This document shows, piece by piece, positions 37,230-46,447 of a DNA stretch of 54,875 bases. The notes under the pieces are model-generated. The model did no database searches. It saw only the letters and a list, made by a program, of their open reading frames with translations, and was not told the DNA's origin. Made by a program: the position numbers and the translations under genes. How positions within the stretch are numbered: position 1 is the first letter of the stretch; every line of letters starts with the position of its first letter. This DNA comes from Deltaproteobacteria bacterium (GTDB lineage Bacteria; Desulfobacterota; Dissulfuribacteria; Dissulfuribacterales; QOAL01), in NCBI GenBank assembly GCA_027067775.1, contig JAMOVK010000032.1, forward strand, positions 1 through 54,875. Direction: 5' to 3'.

Positions 37230-37790
37230 CTATTCCTTTGGTGGTCCAAAAGACCTTTCAAAAAGTTCTTCTATAGCCTTTTTGCCCTCTTCAGTAAGAT
37301 ACCTTGTGCCTGTACCTGCAAAGGTCTTGTGTTCAATCTTTGGTACATCTTCTACCCACTTGCCTTCTTTCCAGGTGAACCATTGGTTTTTATCCTGGTC
37401 AAACACGCTAACCGGCCGGTTGAAAAGTTTTGCAAGTTCAACGGCCCAGCCAGTGCCACCTTTAACTGTGTCATCTGGGCGGATCCAGCCTATAGCAAAG
37501 ACCTGGTACCCGTTGTTGACTATGTGAAATATGGACTGGATGACCTTTCTTATCTTGTCTGCTTCAGCATATGTCCTTCCCATACGCTTGGAAACAATCT
37601 CCATAGAAATGTCACCCTGTTTAAGCTCCTCTTCACTTAAGACCCTGACATCTTTCACTCTGTCAAGTTTATGGCCTTTAAAGGAAAAGTTTACCTCATT
37701 AATTCCCCATCTTTCGGCACATCTTCCAAATTCTGCCTCTGCTCCTCTTAATCCCCCACTAAAAAGGGTATAATTTGATCTGTCAGTCAT
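37230..37790 (-). CDS. Hypothetical protein, SLOG-fold-like
   Basis: LFSGGLRGAE and GGTGWAVELAKLFNRPVSVFD resemble the two Gly motifs of SLOG (DprA/LOG/YpsA) proteins; GGAG RBS. Confidence 0.55.
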   Translation of the reverse strand: MTDRSNYTLFSGGLRGAEAEFGRCAERWGINEVNFSFKGHKLDRVKDVRVLSEEELKQGDISMEIVSKRMGRTYAEADKIRKVIQSIFHIVNNGYQVFAIGWIRPDDTVKGGTGWAVELAKLFNRPVSVFDQDKNQWFTWKEGKWVEDVPKIEHKTFAGTGTRYLTEEGKKAIEELFERSFGPPKE

Positions 37791-37996
37791 TTTAGGTCTC
37801 CTTGTCTTTATCGTTACTTTTTACAAATTGTATGTAGTTTGGGGTTTTCCAAATAGAATTGGAGCAGCCTTGTGTAAACCATTTAGAGAAAATATGCAAC
37901 CAATATAAGAACATTTTTTATTTTTAATCTCTATTGTCTGTTTAAAAGGTCCTCTGAAAATCTTTGATCATCTAAAAGGCAAGTTAGTTGTTAAGC

Positions 37997-38593
37997 TTAG
38001 TTACCCATTAACTGTTTTATTTTTTCCCTAAGTTCTAAAAGGGCCTTGCCCCTATGGCTGATCCTGTTTTTTTCCTCTTGAGTAAGTTGGGCCATGGTTC
38101 TTGAATCACCCTCTGGAATAAAAATGGGATCGTATCCAAAACCCTGGTTTCCTTTGGGAGCGTGCGTTATCCTGCCTCTGCATATTCCTTCTGCACTTAC
38201 CCACTTGCCATCTGGCCGGTAGGCAACAATTACACATCTGAACTGTGCATCCCTTTTATCGTCTGGCACGTCCTTCATCTCTTGTAAAAGCTTAAGATAG
38301 TTTTCTTGGTCAGATGCCTTCTCGCCAGCGTATCTTGCTGAAAAGACTCCTGGTCTGCCATTAAGGGCCTCTACCTCAAGACCTGAGTCGTCTGCGATTG
38401 CCATAAGTCCTGTTCTTTCAGCAACTGTCCGAGCCTTTTTCATGGCGTTGTCAAAAAATGTAACACCATCTTCTTCTATTTCTCCAATGTTATCAAATTG
38501 GTCAAGGGGTACTATCTGCAAGTCAAAATCAGCTAAAAGATTTTGAAGCTCTTTAAGTTTCCCCCTGTTTTTGGTTGCGATTACAGCCTTCAA
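37997..38593 (-). CDS. rdgB: XTP/dITP diphosphatase (RdgB/HAM1)
   Basis: ATKNRGK, ADDSGL, PGVFSARY, GFGYDPIF and ISHRGKA motifs. Confidence 0.96.
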   Translation of the reverse strand: MKAVIATKNRGKLKELQNLLADFDLQIVPLDQFDNIGEIEEDGVTFFDNAMKKARTVAERTGLMAIADDSGLEVEALNGRPGVFSARYAGEKASDQENYLKLLQEMKDVPDDKRDAQFRCVIVAYRPDGKWVSAEGICRGRITHAPKGNQGFGYDPIFIPEGDSRTMAQLTQEEKNRISHRGKALLELREKIKQLMGN

Positions 38594-39467
38594 TGTCTAG
38601 ATTTTCTCCTTTCATAATGCTTGAAAACTCTATTGTTACGGCTCCACCTGGACAGAGTACGTAACATCTTAAACATCTTATGCATTTTGTAGAATTTATA
38701 TCGTCCTTGCCAGTGGCAAAAAGGACACCTGTTGGACATACCAGTTCACAGGCATGGCAGTCAACGCATGTTCCCTGATTGAATCTGAGCCGAAGCCAAC
38801 TAACCTTGTTAAACATGCCAAACAACAACCCCAAGGGACATACAGCCCTACAAAAAGGTCTTGTAGTTACCATGCTCCATATGACAAAAAGGGATAATAT
38901 GCCGAGCTTGCCAAAAAAAAGCGCACCCACTGCCGTTCTTAGCTCTGGTGACATTATTAAAAGAGGGATGCCTGCCTCCAGGGTGCCTGCCGGACAAAGG
39001 TATTTGCAAAACCATGTCTGCCCAAAACCGAAACTATCCACAAACCAGAGAGGAAGGACAAAGACCAGCAGAAAAAGGCTGATGTAGCGGCCAATGGAAA
39101 GGGGCCTCCAAAACTCGATCTTGGGGAGGCGTATCTTGAATAGCAGATCCTGGATCAGTCCAAAGGGACAAAACCAGCCACAGGGCATCCTGCCTACAAG
39201 AGAGGCGACCATGCCCAAAGAGCCAATGACATACAGGCCAAGGTTCATCTTTCCTGCTGCAAGGCTTGCCTTGAGACTTGCAAATACATTTTGAAGGGCG
39301 CCAAGCGGACATGCCCATGGGGCAGCAGGGCATGAGTAGCAATTGAGGCCTGGGAAACAGATATGCTTCAACGGCCCCTTATAAATAGGACTGGAGGGGG
39401 TTATCCATAGCCTGCAGTTAGCCAAAAGGGCAGAGACAATCTGGACTATGTGCCTGAATCGTTCCAT
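38553..39467 (-). CDS. Membrane 4Fe-4S binding protein (NapH/YccM-like polyferredoxin)
   Basis: LNCYSCP…CPLG, CGWFCPFG, FCKYLCPAG, FCRAVCPLG, CVDCHACELVCP, CIRCLRCYVLCP. Confidence 0.9.
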   Translation of the reverse strand: MERFRHIVQIVSALLANCRLWITPSSPIYKGPLKHICFPGLNCYSCPAAPWACPLGALQNVFASLKASLAAGKMNLGLYVIGSLGMVASLVGRMPCGWFCPFGLIQDLLFKIRLPKIEFWRPLSIGRYISLFLLVFVLPLWFVDSFGFGQTWFCKYLCPAGTLEAGIPLLIMSPELRTAVGALFFGKLGILSLFVIWSMVTTRPFCRAVCPLGLLFGMFNKVSWLRLRFNQGTCVDCHACELVCPTGVLFATGKDDINSTKCIRCLRCYVLCPGGAVTIEFSSIMKGENLDIEGCNRNQKQGET

Positions 39468-39476
39468 TTTTTTATC

Positions 39477-39611
39477 TTAGTCAATGCCAATACAGCTGAG
39501 ACATATAGTAACAGCCTTTTGAAAGACGTCGTTTGGCTCACCAAGTACGATACCTGCAACCGTAACCAGACAAAAAAAGATGAAAAAAAGCAAAGGAGTA
39601 CGGCTTTTCAT
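39477..39611 (-). CDS. 44-aa CXXC-motif membrane protein (CD1871A-like)
   Basis: Not in the ORF track: MKSRTPLLFFIFFCLVTVAGIVLGEPNDVFQKAVTICLSCIGID*. ATGA overlap with the upstream gene; ends 9 nt before the polyferredoxin start. Confidence 0.8.
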   Translation of the reverse strand: MKSRTPLLFFIFFCLVTVAGIVLGEPNDVFQKAVTICLSCIGID

Positions 39612-39904
39612 AATTTTTCTTCCACAGACTTGGTCTTTTGGCCCATAGAGACGTGCTTGTCACGCCTGTCGTCTAGCTTGATAACTGTGTAGACCCTTTT
39701 GATGTCGCTAATAAACATGGCTTCGTGAAGCTTGGTGGCTAGAGCAAAAAGCTCGCTTGCCTCTCCTTGTACCGTTGTACCCATGTCATGGAGTTTATAT
39801 GGCAGTCCACTGTTTCTGATTATGCTAACCACTGTTGCTACATGTTGTGAAAGGCTGGTGCTGCCTGTTCCTATTGGTACAGTACTTATCTCCATAAAGG
39901 CCAT
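39608..39904 (-). CDS. MTH1187/YqgV-family thiamine-binding protein
   Basis: EISTVPIGTGSTSLS, MGTTVQG, RVYTVIKLDDRRDK; AAGGAGG RBS before ATG 39904. Confidence 0.88.
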   Translation of the reverse strand: MAFMEISTVPIGTGSTSLSQHVATVVSIIRNSGLPYKLHDMGTTVQGEASELFALATKLHEAMFISDIKRVYTVIKLDDRRDKHVSMGQKTKSVEEKL

Positions 39905-40006
39905 AGAATCCTCCTTGATGTGAGGCTTGAGGTTCATTTGATCGTTATAGGAAGTTATCCATAATGGGTGCGAGGGGTGTGATTAGGGATTCTGTTAAGA
40001 TTAAGA

Positions 40007-40082
40007 TGGAGGCGGCGCCCGGATTCGAACCGGGGAATAACGGTTTTGCAGACCGTCGCCTTAGCCACTTGGCTACGCCGCC
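40007..40082 (-). tRNA. tRNA-Cys(GCA)
   Basis: Reverse complement GGCGGCGTAGCCAAGTGGCTAAGGCGACGGTCTGCAAAACCGTTATTCCCCGGTTCGAATCCGGGCGCCGCCTCCA; GCA anticodon, U73 discriminator, encoded CCA. Confidence 0.97.
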
Positions 40083-40136
40083 TGGGAACGATAGCTTCAA
40101 TAACATAAGGAGTATCTTTTGACAAGTGTAAAGGTT

Positions 40137-41150
40137 CTATAACGGGATGTTCATATTTTTTAATCCCTCAACAAGCTTTGAAAACTGTTCAGGATAAAGG
40201 GATTGGGGGCCGTCTGACATGGCCTTTTCAGGATGATTGTGTACCTCAACTATAAGGGCATCCACTCCAGTAGCTGCCGCAGCCCTGGCAAGAGGAATCA
40301 CCTGGTCTCTACGGCCTGCGGCATGACTTGGATCAACCACAATGGGTAAGTGACTTTCCTGTCTCATATATGGTATGGCGTTTATGTCTAAGGTGTTTCT
40401 GGAGTGTCTTGTAAAGGTCCTGATACCTCTTTCGCATAGCATGACCTGGTTATTTCCTTCAGACATGATGTATTCTGCCGCCATGAGAAATTCATCCATA
40501 GTAGCCCACATACCTCTTTTTAAAAGAACAGGCTTTTTTGCCTGGCCTGCTCTTCTTAGAAGCCGGTAGTTTTGCATGTTTCTGGTGCCTATCTGTATTA
40601 TGTCTGTATATTCTTCTACAATATCCAAGACCTCGTGATCTGTGGCTTCGGTTACTATATACAATCCGGTCTCTTCCCGAACTTTTGCAAGTATTTCAAG
40701 CCCCTTGACTCCAAGACCCTGAAAGGAATATGGAGATGAGCGTGGCTTGAACGCCCCGCCTCTGAATATGGTGGCTCCTGCCTCCTTTACTGCATGGGCG
40801 ATCTCCAGAGCCTGACTTTCAGATTCTACTGCACAGGGTCCAGCCATGAGTATGAGGCTACCGTCTCCAATGCGCAGCGCTTTGTCATTCTGTCCAAGTT
40901 CAACTATTGTGTTTTCCGGGTGCATTTCCCGGCTTACCAGCTTGTATGGCTTTGATACAGGGATTACGTCCCTGACCCCAGGCATATCCAGAAACAAGGC
41001 AGGGTCAACAGGACCTTTGTTTCTTAAAACCCCAATAGCAGTCCTTTCTCCTCCTGGGATCGGTTTGGCCTGCCACCCGTACTTTTCAATTCTTTCAACA
41101 ACAGCTGCAAGCTCTTCCGGACTTGCAGCCTTGTCCATTACGATAAGCAT
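40137..41150 (-). CDS. aroF: DAHP synthase type I-beta with N-terminal regulatory domain
   Basis: AGPCAVES, RGGAFKPRSSPYSFQG, CERGIRTF, DPSH, SDGPQSL motifs. Confidence 0.95.
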   Translation of the reverse strand: MLIVMDKAASPEELAAVVERIEKYGWQAKPIPGGERTAIGVLRNKGPVDPALFLDMPGVRDVIPVSKPYKLVSREMHPENTIVELGQNDKALRIGDGSLILMAGPCAVESESQALEIAHAVKEAGATIFRGGAFKPRSSPYSFQGLGVKGLEILAKVREETGLYIVTEATDHEVLDIVEEYTDIIQIGTRNMQNYRLLRRAGQAKKPVLLKRGMWATMDEFLMAAEYIMSEGNNQVMLCERGIRTFTRHSRNTLDINAIPYMRQESHLPIVVDPSHAAGRRDQVIPLARAAAATGVDALIVEVHNHPEKAMSDGPQSLYPEQFSKLVEGLKNMNIPL

Positions 41151-41172
41151 TGGACCTCCTATAAAAATAAAA

Positions 41173-41217
41173 AGCTTCTTGTCAAGATATTATCATAAAC
41201 CTGATTGACAAGAAGCT
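41173..41217 (-). terminator. Perfect 13-bp inverted repeat with U-tract between the zinc-ribbon gene and aroF
   Basis: AGCTTCTTGTCAA (41173-41185) and TTGACAAGAAGCT (41205-41217); minus strand continues TTTATTTTT. Confidence 0.6.
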
Positions 41218-41255
41218 CAAAGCTAATTTGACAAAACAGTAATGATATCAGACCA

Positions 41256-41543
41256 TCATGTTGAACAGGACGATTTGCCCTTGCAACTGCTACAGGTACT
41301 GTTCGTTGATTTGGCCGATGTTGTTTTGTTAGATTGGGATTTCTTAGATTGTCCCTTATTCTTTTTACCCGCGTAATCAGTTACATACCAACCCGAACCT
41401 TTGAGACGAAAGGTGGACTGGGAAATAAGCTTCTTCATTGGACCACCACATGACTCGCACTTCTCAAGGGGTGGGTCTGTTATCTTTTGCCAGTGTTCAA
41501 CTATATTTCCACATGATTGGCATTCATATTCATAAATTGGCAT
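41256..41543 (-). CDS. FmdB-family zinc-ribbon protein
   Basis: MPIYEYECQSCG…CESCGG…FRLKGSGWYVTDY. Confidence 0.93.
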   Translation of the reverse strand: MPIYEYECQSCGNIVEHWQKITDPPLEKCESCGGPMKKLISQSTFRLKGSGWYVTDYAGKKNKGQSKKSQSNKTTSAKSTNSTCSSCKGKSSCST

Positions 41544-41558
41544 AATTAAAATACCTCC

Positions 41559-42074
41559 TTAATTCATAGATAGGCTTATGGTCTTACCGTTAAAAAAATT
41601 TATAACCGTATCAAGATGGGACATCTTGACCTTGCTAAGCACGGCCTCGGTTAAATCATGGACCTTATTCTCTTCATCAATCTTATCTTCAAGATTTGCT
41701 GCGCACTCAAATCGTGAAAAGCGAACCATATGAATGAGTTCGTGTGTCATCACATAGAGAAGAAAAGGCAGCATCAAAGACAAACGCCCCCTGGTGACCC
41801 TGAGAACCCTGGGGTCAAGAACCAACACCTTGTAAAGACATCTTGTGTCCGTGCCAAAAAATTTTTCATGCCAGTTGTTGCCGTATTTTTCCAAGTGTGC
41901 ATAAACCCCTTTGGGAAAGGTCGCCTTTCTTTCATCTTTAAGTGTTCTCACCTCATAGGGATTTTTCAACCAATAGTCAGTTGTAAGACCGAAGCAATCG
42001 CTTATTATTTCCTCTGACAAAGATACTGCATCACTTAGAATTTTCAGATGAACTGGCTGAAACAAAGGCCCCAT
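41559..42074 (-). CDS. Hypothetical protein with HExxH zincin-like motif
   Basis: YVMTHELIHMVRF with downstream EE. Confidence 0.65.
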   Translation of the reverse strand: MGPLFQPVHLKILSDAVSLSEEIISDCFGLTTDYWLKNPYEVRTLKDERKATFPKGVYAHLEKYGNNWHEKFFGTDTRCLYKVLVLDPRVLRVTRGRLSLMLPFLLYVMTHELIHMVRFSRFECAANLEDKIDEENKVHDLTEAVLSKVKMSHLDTVINFFNGKTISLSMN

Positions 42075-42164
42075 AACACATTAAACCCTTTATTTCATTT
42101 GTCAGTTAAGTTAGTTCTGGCTTCTTTGGGTGTCAAGATGCTCCCAACTGGGAAAGAAGGTTAT

Positions 42165-42959
42165 CTACGAGTAATCAAAATCAATTTCTCCAGAGTCGAC
42201 AACATGGATCTTTCCATTGCCTTCTTTTACAATCAGCCGGCCAACAGAATCCAGACCAGTAATGGTACCGTTTATATGCCGTCCTTGCTTTTCAAAATAG
42301 ATCTGCCTTCCGATACACATGGCCTCTTGAATCCATTGGTGGAGCAAGATATCAATATTTCCCTGGTCAACATCTTGTAAAATTTTTTCTATCTCTACAG
42401 ACAAGACCTTAAGTAGTCTTTCGGCTGTAACATACAGACCATGTTCTTCAAGAGTAGTGACCTTTTTTGAAAGTTCTTTTGAAAACTGGCTTGCATTTCC
42501 CTTAAGATTTACGCCAATACCTGCCACTATAACAGATCGATCATTAACGGTGGCTGCCTGACAAAGGATGCCGCTTACCTTCTGTTTCCCAACGAGTATG
42601 TCATTGGGCCACTTGATGGAAACCTCACGATCAGACAGGCCAAGTTTCTTCAAGGCCCTTGAAACGCCAAGCCCACAAAGCAGTGTTAAGGTGGGTGGAT
42701 ATTGTATGGCTGAAGGAGGTTCCAAAACAAAGGAACAAAAAAGGTGCTCTCCCTGTCCCTGTTCCCATTTTCGCCCCATGCGCCCCATGCCCCTGGTCTG
42801 TCTTTTGGCATGTACCACAAGGCCTGGGCATTTAAGTAGCTCTGGGTTGGACATGCAGAGCCTGTTTGTAGAATCAACCTCTTCTAAAAAAAGAAGGGAC
42901 CTGCCTGCAAAGACATGGTCCCTTAAAAAGGGTTTTATTAACTCCTTGAAACTAGTCAA
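42165..42959 (-). CDS. birA: Biotin-protein ligase (no HTH)
   Basis: VDSTN, QTRGMGRMGRKW, IKWPND, KVSGIL, GIGVN; overlaps the carboxylase stop. Confidence 0.93.
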   Translation of the reverse strand: MTSFKELIKPFLRDHVFAGRSLLFLEEVDSTNRLCMSNPELLKCPGLVVHAKRQTRGMGRMGRKWEQGQGEHLFCSFVLEPPSAIQYPPTLTLLCGLGVSRALKKLGLSDREVSIKWPNDILVGKQKVSGILCQAATVNDRSVIVAGIGVNLKGNASQFSKELSKKVTTLEEHGLYVTAERLLKVLSVEIEKILQDVDQGNIDILLHQWIQEAMCIGRQIYFEKQGRHINGTITGLDSVGRLIVKEGNGKIHVVDSGEIDFDYS

Positions 42960-44988
42960 GTTTTTTCAAAACAAAAAGCAGTTGTCCTTCCTGAACCTGG
43001 TCGTTTAGTTTAACTGCTATTTCTTCCACAACGGCATCAAATGGGGCCACAATGGCATTTTCCATCTTCATGGCCTCAAGGTTTGCAATTTCTTCACCCT
43101 GATGGACTATATCCCCAACCTTTATGGTTCCCCTGTCTGGATTTCCAATACGCCAGACATTGCCATTTATTGGAGCACCAATCTCGTTCTCTCCCTTGGC
43201 CATTCTGATTTCCACCTTTTTGGCCCTGGGTGTCTCAACCTTGTAGACCTTGGTCTTGTTGTTGATCTTCATTACTACATGGATGAGACCTTCGTGTTCC
43301 GTACCGATCGATAACAGCTCGATACAGTAAGGTTTGCCCTGAAGCTCAAACTCAACCTTGTCGCCAGGTGTTTTCAGGCCTTCTCTCCACACGTCTGTAG
43401 GTAACACCAATGGGGTATCTCCATATTTTTCCCTGAAATCGATGTAGGTGACCGTGTCTTTTGGATGCATAAGGTACAGGGTAAATTCCTCATCAGTAGG
43501 TTCCCTACCAAGGGTTACACCAAGGTCTGTCTTTATCCTTTCCAGATCGTCCGGCTTTACCGAGTCCAGAGGAGAGGAGTCGTCTCTTTCCTTGATTTTT
43601 TCTTCCCACTCATCCCCAAAGGTACTCTGATACACCCAGTCAGCAGGCCAGCCCTGCGGAAGCCTGCCATAACCGCCAAGAAGAAGATTTTTAAAGTCTC
43701 CCGGAGCATGCCTGAATAGCTGAAGAAGCTCCTCTTGTTCCTTGGGCTCCATGGCATCGAAGTCCTGATTCTTTTCCTCCACGAACTTTGTCATGAGTTC
43801 AATTATGTGCTTGACCCCGGTTTCCCCAAGCTCTTTTTCATATTTGTTAATTATGCCACTGCATGTAACCCAGGTAATCTGGGAACCAGGAGTAACATCA
43901 AAGTACTTGACAATCTTATTGTAAAGGGACATCAGCTTTAGGATGGCAGGCATTAGGTGGAGAAAACCGCCTTTTTCAGCCTGTTCAAAAGAGCTTGGAA
44001 AGGCACCCCCTGGCATCCTGTGGGAAGTCACCTGGTGGTCAAATCCCTTAAATGGAGACTCTGCCCATTCGTAATGACCAATCCAGTCTCTAATCTTTTG
44101 AACGGCCTTTACGCACTCTTCACGATTTAGGACAACAGGGATGCCAGACTCTTCAAGATAGCTCTGGAGGCCAAGTATTGGAGGCTGCCCATAGAATCTT
44201 GTAAGTGAATCCTCTTCGGCATCTAAGATTTTTGCCCCTGCCTTGGCTGCGGCAAGAAGTGCAGGCATTGCAAGACCGTCTGTTGCATGGCGGTGATACT
44301 GGATAATAAGGTCTGGATACTTCTGTTTTATGGCATCCACCAGACTCCTTATCCTTTCAGGGCTTCCGACCCCTGCCATGTCCTTTATGCAAAGGACTAT
44401 TTCATCCACTCCACCGCACAGACTTACTATGTCATCCACAACGCTCAGATAGTATTCGTTGGTTGTCCACTCAGCTTGGGTAAAGGAGATAGCTGGCTGA
44501 AACAGCCTGTTCCTTTTCATGACGATTTCAGCAACTGTACGCATGTTGCGCACGTCGTTTAAAAAGGAAAAACATCGCCATACGTCTATATCTACCCTTT
44601 CTACCACATATTCAATGACATTTTTGGGATAGGGTCTGTAACCCCACAGGTTGGTCTCCCTGATGAGGGTCTGAAGCATAACACTTGGCATCTTTTCCCT
44701 GAGAATCTCGATCTCTTCAAAAGGGCTCTCTTTCCTGTTCATGATACCAACATGCCATCTGGCCCCTCCATGACATTCAGAACTGAAAAGGAGCATGTCT
44801 TCATAGTAAGGACAAAGGGTAGAAAGGTCATGTATGCGGTGACGGTTTTTAAAGTCAGACTGCCCTGCATCCCTCATGCCTGTGCAGGTGAGGGCAACAC
44901 CTTCTAGCTCGCGCAGAAACCTGACGATCTCGGCTGGCGTCATGCCAGGCTTAATCCAGTTGTCTTTTGTTATCTCATTTACTTTCAT
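42952..44988 (-). CDS. Pyruvate-carboxylase-type subunit B (carboxyltransferase plus biotin carrier), divergent
   Basis: RDAGQS, IKDMAG, HRH, MPGG, VTPGSQ motifs and C-terminal EAMKMEN biotinyl lysine. Start set at ATG 44988, 1 nt after the subunit A stop. Confidence 0.85.
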   Translation of the reverse strand: MKVNEITKDNWIKPGMTPAEIVRFLRELEGVALTCTGMRDAGQSDFKNRHRIHDLSTLCPYYEDMLLFSSECHGGARWHVGIMNRKESPFEEIEILREKMPSVMLQTLIRETNLWGYRPYPKNVIEYVVERVDIDVWRCFSFLNDVRNMRTVAEIVMKRNRLFQPAISFTQAEWTTNEYYLSVVDDIVSLCGGVDEIVLCIKDMAGVGSPERIRSLVDAIKQKYPDLIIQYHRHATDGLAMPALLAAAKAGAKILDAEEDSLTRFYGQPPILGLQSYLEESGIPVVLNREECVKAVQKIRDWIGHYEWAESPFKGFDHQVTSHRMPGGAFPSSFEQAEKGGFLHLMPAILKLMSLYNKIVKYFDVTPGSQITWVTCSGIINKYEKELGETGVKHIIELMTKFVEEKNQDFDAMEPKEQEELLQLFRHAPGDFKNLLLGGYGRLPQGWPADWVYQSTFGDEWEEKIKERDDSSPLDSVKPDDLERIKTDLGVTLGREPTDEEFTLYLMHPKDTVTYIDFREKYGDTPLVLPTDVWREGLKTPGDKVEFELQGKPYCIELLSIGTEHEGLIHVVMKINNKTKVYKVETPRAKKVEIRMAKGENEIGAPINGNVWRIGNPDRGTIKVGDIVHQGEEIANLEAMKMENAIVAPFDAVVEEIAVKLNDQVQEGQLLFVLKKLD

Positions 44989-44989
44989 G

Positions 44990-46447
44990 CTACATCCACT
45001 CCTGTGGGCCAAGGGCCGTTATTTCAGCCACGTATTTTGCTATCTTCAAGACCTCGTCCTGGGTATCCTTTTCTTTAAACATGGAAACCAGTTCATCCAG
45101 GTGATTTTCAATAAACCTTGTTGAGAACTCTCCTCGCTTAAAGGCCTCATGCCTTATTATGCTCAGGAGCAAAGGAGTTAAGGTTTTAACTCCCTCTATT
45201 CTGAGGTTTCTGCTCAAGGTCCTGTCCATGACCTTGATGGCTCCCTCCCTGGTTCTGCCCGTTGTCATGATAAGCATGGTCAGGGAATCGTAATAGGGAG
45301 GGATGTCTGCACCTTCATAAACTCCTGTTGCGATTCTTAGCCATGGGCCGGTAGGAAACTGAAGTCTGGAAATCGTACCAAAAGAGGGGCTGAAGGTCTT
45401 TGGATCTTCCGCATTTACTCGAACCTCCAGGGCCCATCTGTTCATGTGTATACGTTCCTGAGAAAGCTCGAGTTCCTTGTTTTCCACAACGTCCATCATC
45501 AGGCCGACGATATCAAGGCCTGTAATAAGCTCTGTGACTCCATGTTCAACTTGGAGCCTGGTGTTAACCTCGAGGAAGTAGAAACGCTTGGTTGAACTGT
45601 CAAATATGAACTCCACTGTTCCGGCAGTATTGTAGCCAATCTCTCTCATCAGCCTTATGGCTGTGTAACATATTTCATGTCGGATGTTTTCATCTATGGA
45701 AGGAGAGGGGGCCTCTTCAATGATTTTCTGATTCCTTCTTTGAAGGGTGCATTCCCTTTCAAAGAGGTGAAAAACGTTTCCATAGTTGTCAGATACAATC
45801 TGTACTTCTATATGGCGTCCACGCTCTATATATTTTTCAGCAAGCAGGGTATCATCGCCAAAGCTTTTTTTGGCCTCGCTTTTGGCCTGAGCAAGGGCCA
45901 TTGGAAGCTCAGAGGCATTTGAGACCTTGACCATTCCCTTTCCGCCTCCTCCAGAGGCTGCTTTGATCATGATGGGATATTCGACATTTTCTTTATCCAT
46001 CCATTCCTTAATCTGTTCCACATCTTTTACATTGCTAATGCCAGGAATGGTGGGCACATTGGCCTTTTGGGCCCTCCTCTTCGCCTCTATCTTATCTCCC
46101 ATCATACGAATAACCTTAGGGTCTGGACCAACCCATTTGAGCCCGGCATCCTTAACCATTTCAGCAAAGTCAGCATTCTCAGCCAAAAAGCCCCAGCCTG
46201 GATGAATGGCGTCGGCCTTTGTCTTGTGGGCTGCCTCGATCATCTTTTCCATGTTAAGATAGGATTCAATCGGAGGGGCCTCTCCAATGTGAATGGCCTC
46301 GTCTGCCATCATAACGTGATAGGCCAGCCTGTCGGGTGTGCTATATACTGCCACGGTGGGTACCCTTCTGTCCCTGCAGGTATGCATGATTCTAACGGCA
46401 GGTACACCCCTGTTGGCAATGAGCATCTTTTTAATGTCTTCAGCCAT
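44990..46447 (-). CDS. Biotin carboxylase (pyruvate-carboxylase-type subunit A)
   Basis: LIANRG, HPGWGFLAEN, GGGGKGM, ERECTLQRRNQK, EVNTRLQVEH motifs. Confidence 0.93.
   Translation of the reverse strand: MAEDIKKMLIANRGVPAVRIMHTCRDRRVPTVAVYSTPDRLAYHVMMADEAIHIGEAPPIESYLNMEKMIEAAHKTKADAIHPGWGFLAENADFAEMVKDAGLKWVGPDPKVIRMMGDKIEAKRRAQKANVPTIPGISNVKDVEQIKEWMDKENVEYPIMIKAASGGGGKGMVKVSNASELPMALAQAKSEAKKSFGDDTLLAEKYIERGRHIEVQIVSDNYGNVFHLFERECTLQRRNQKIIEEAPSPSIDENIRHEICYTAIRLMREIGYNTAGTVEFIFDSSTKRFYFLEVNTRLQVEHGVTELITGLDIVGLMMDVVENKELELSQERIHMNRWALEVRVNAEDPKTFSPSFGTISRLQFPTGPWLRIATGVYEGADIPPYYDSLTMLIMTTGRTREGAIKVMDRTLSRNLRIEGVKTLTPLLLSIIRHEAFKRGEFSTRFIENHLDELVSMFKEKDTQDEVLKIAKYVAEITALGPQEWM

Noticed and set aside
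38553-39611. hgcAB mercury-methylation genes
   Set aside because: No corrinoid cap-helix motif (NVWCAAGK); the Fe-S protein is a membrane NapH-like polyferredoxin, not HgcB.
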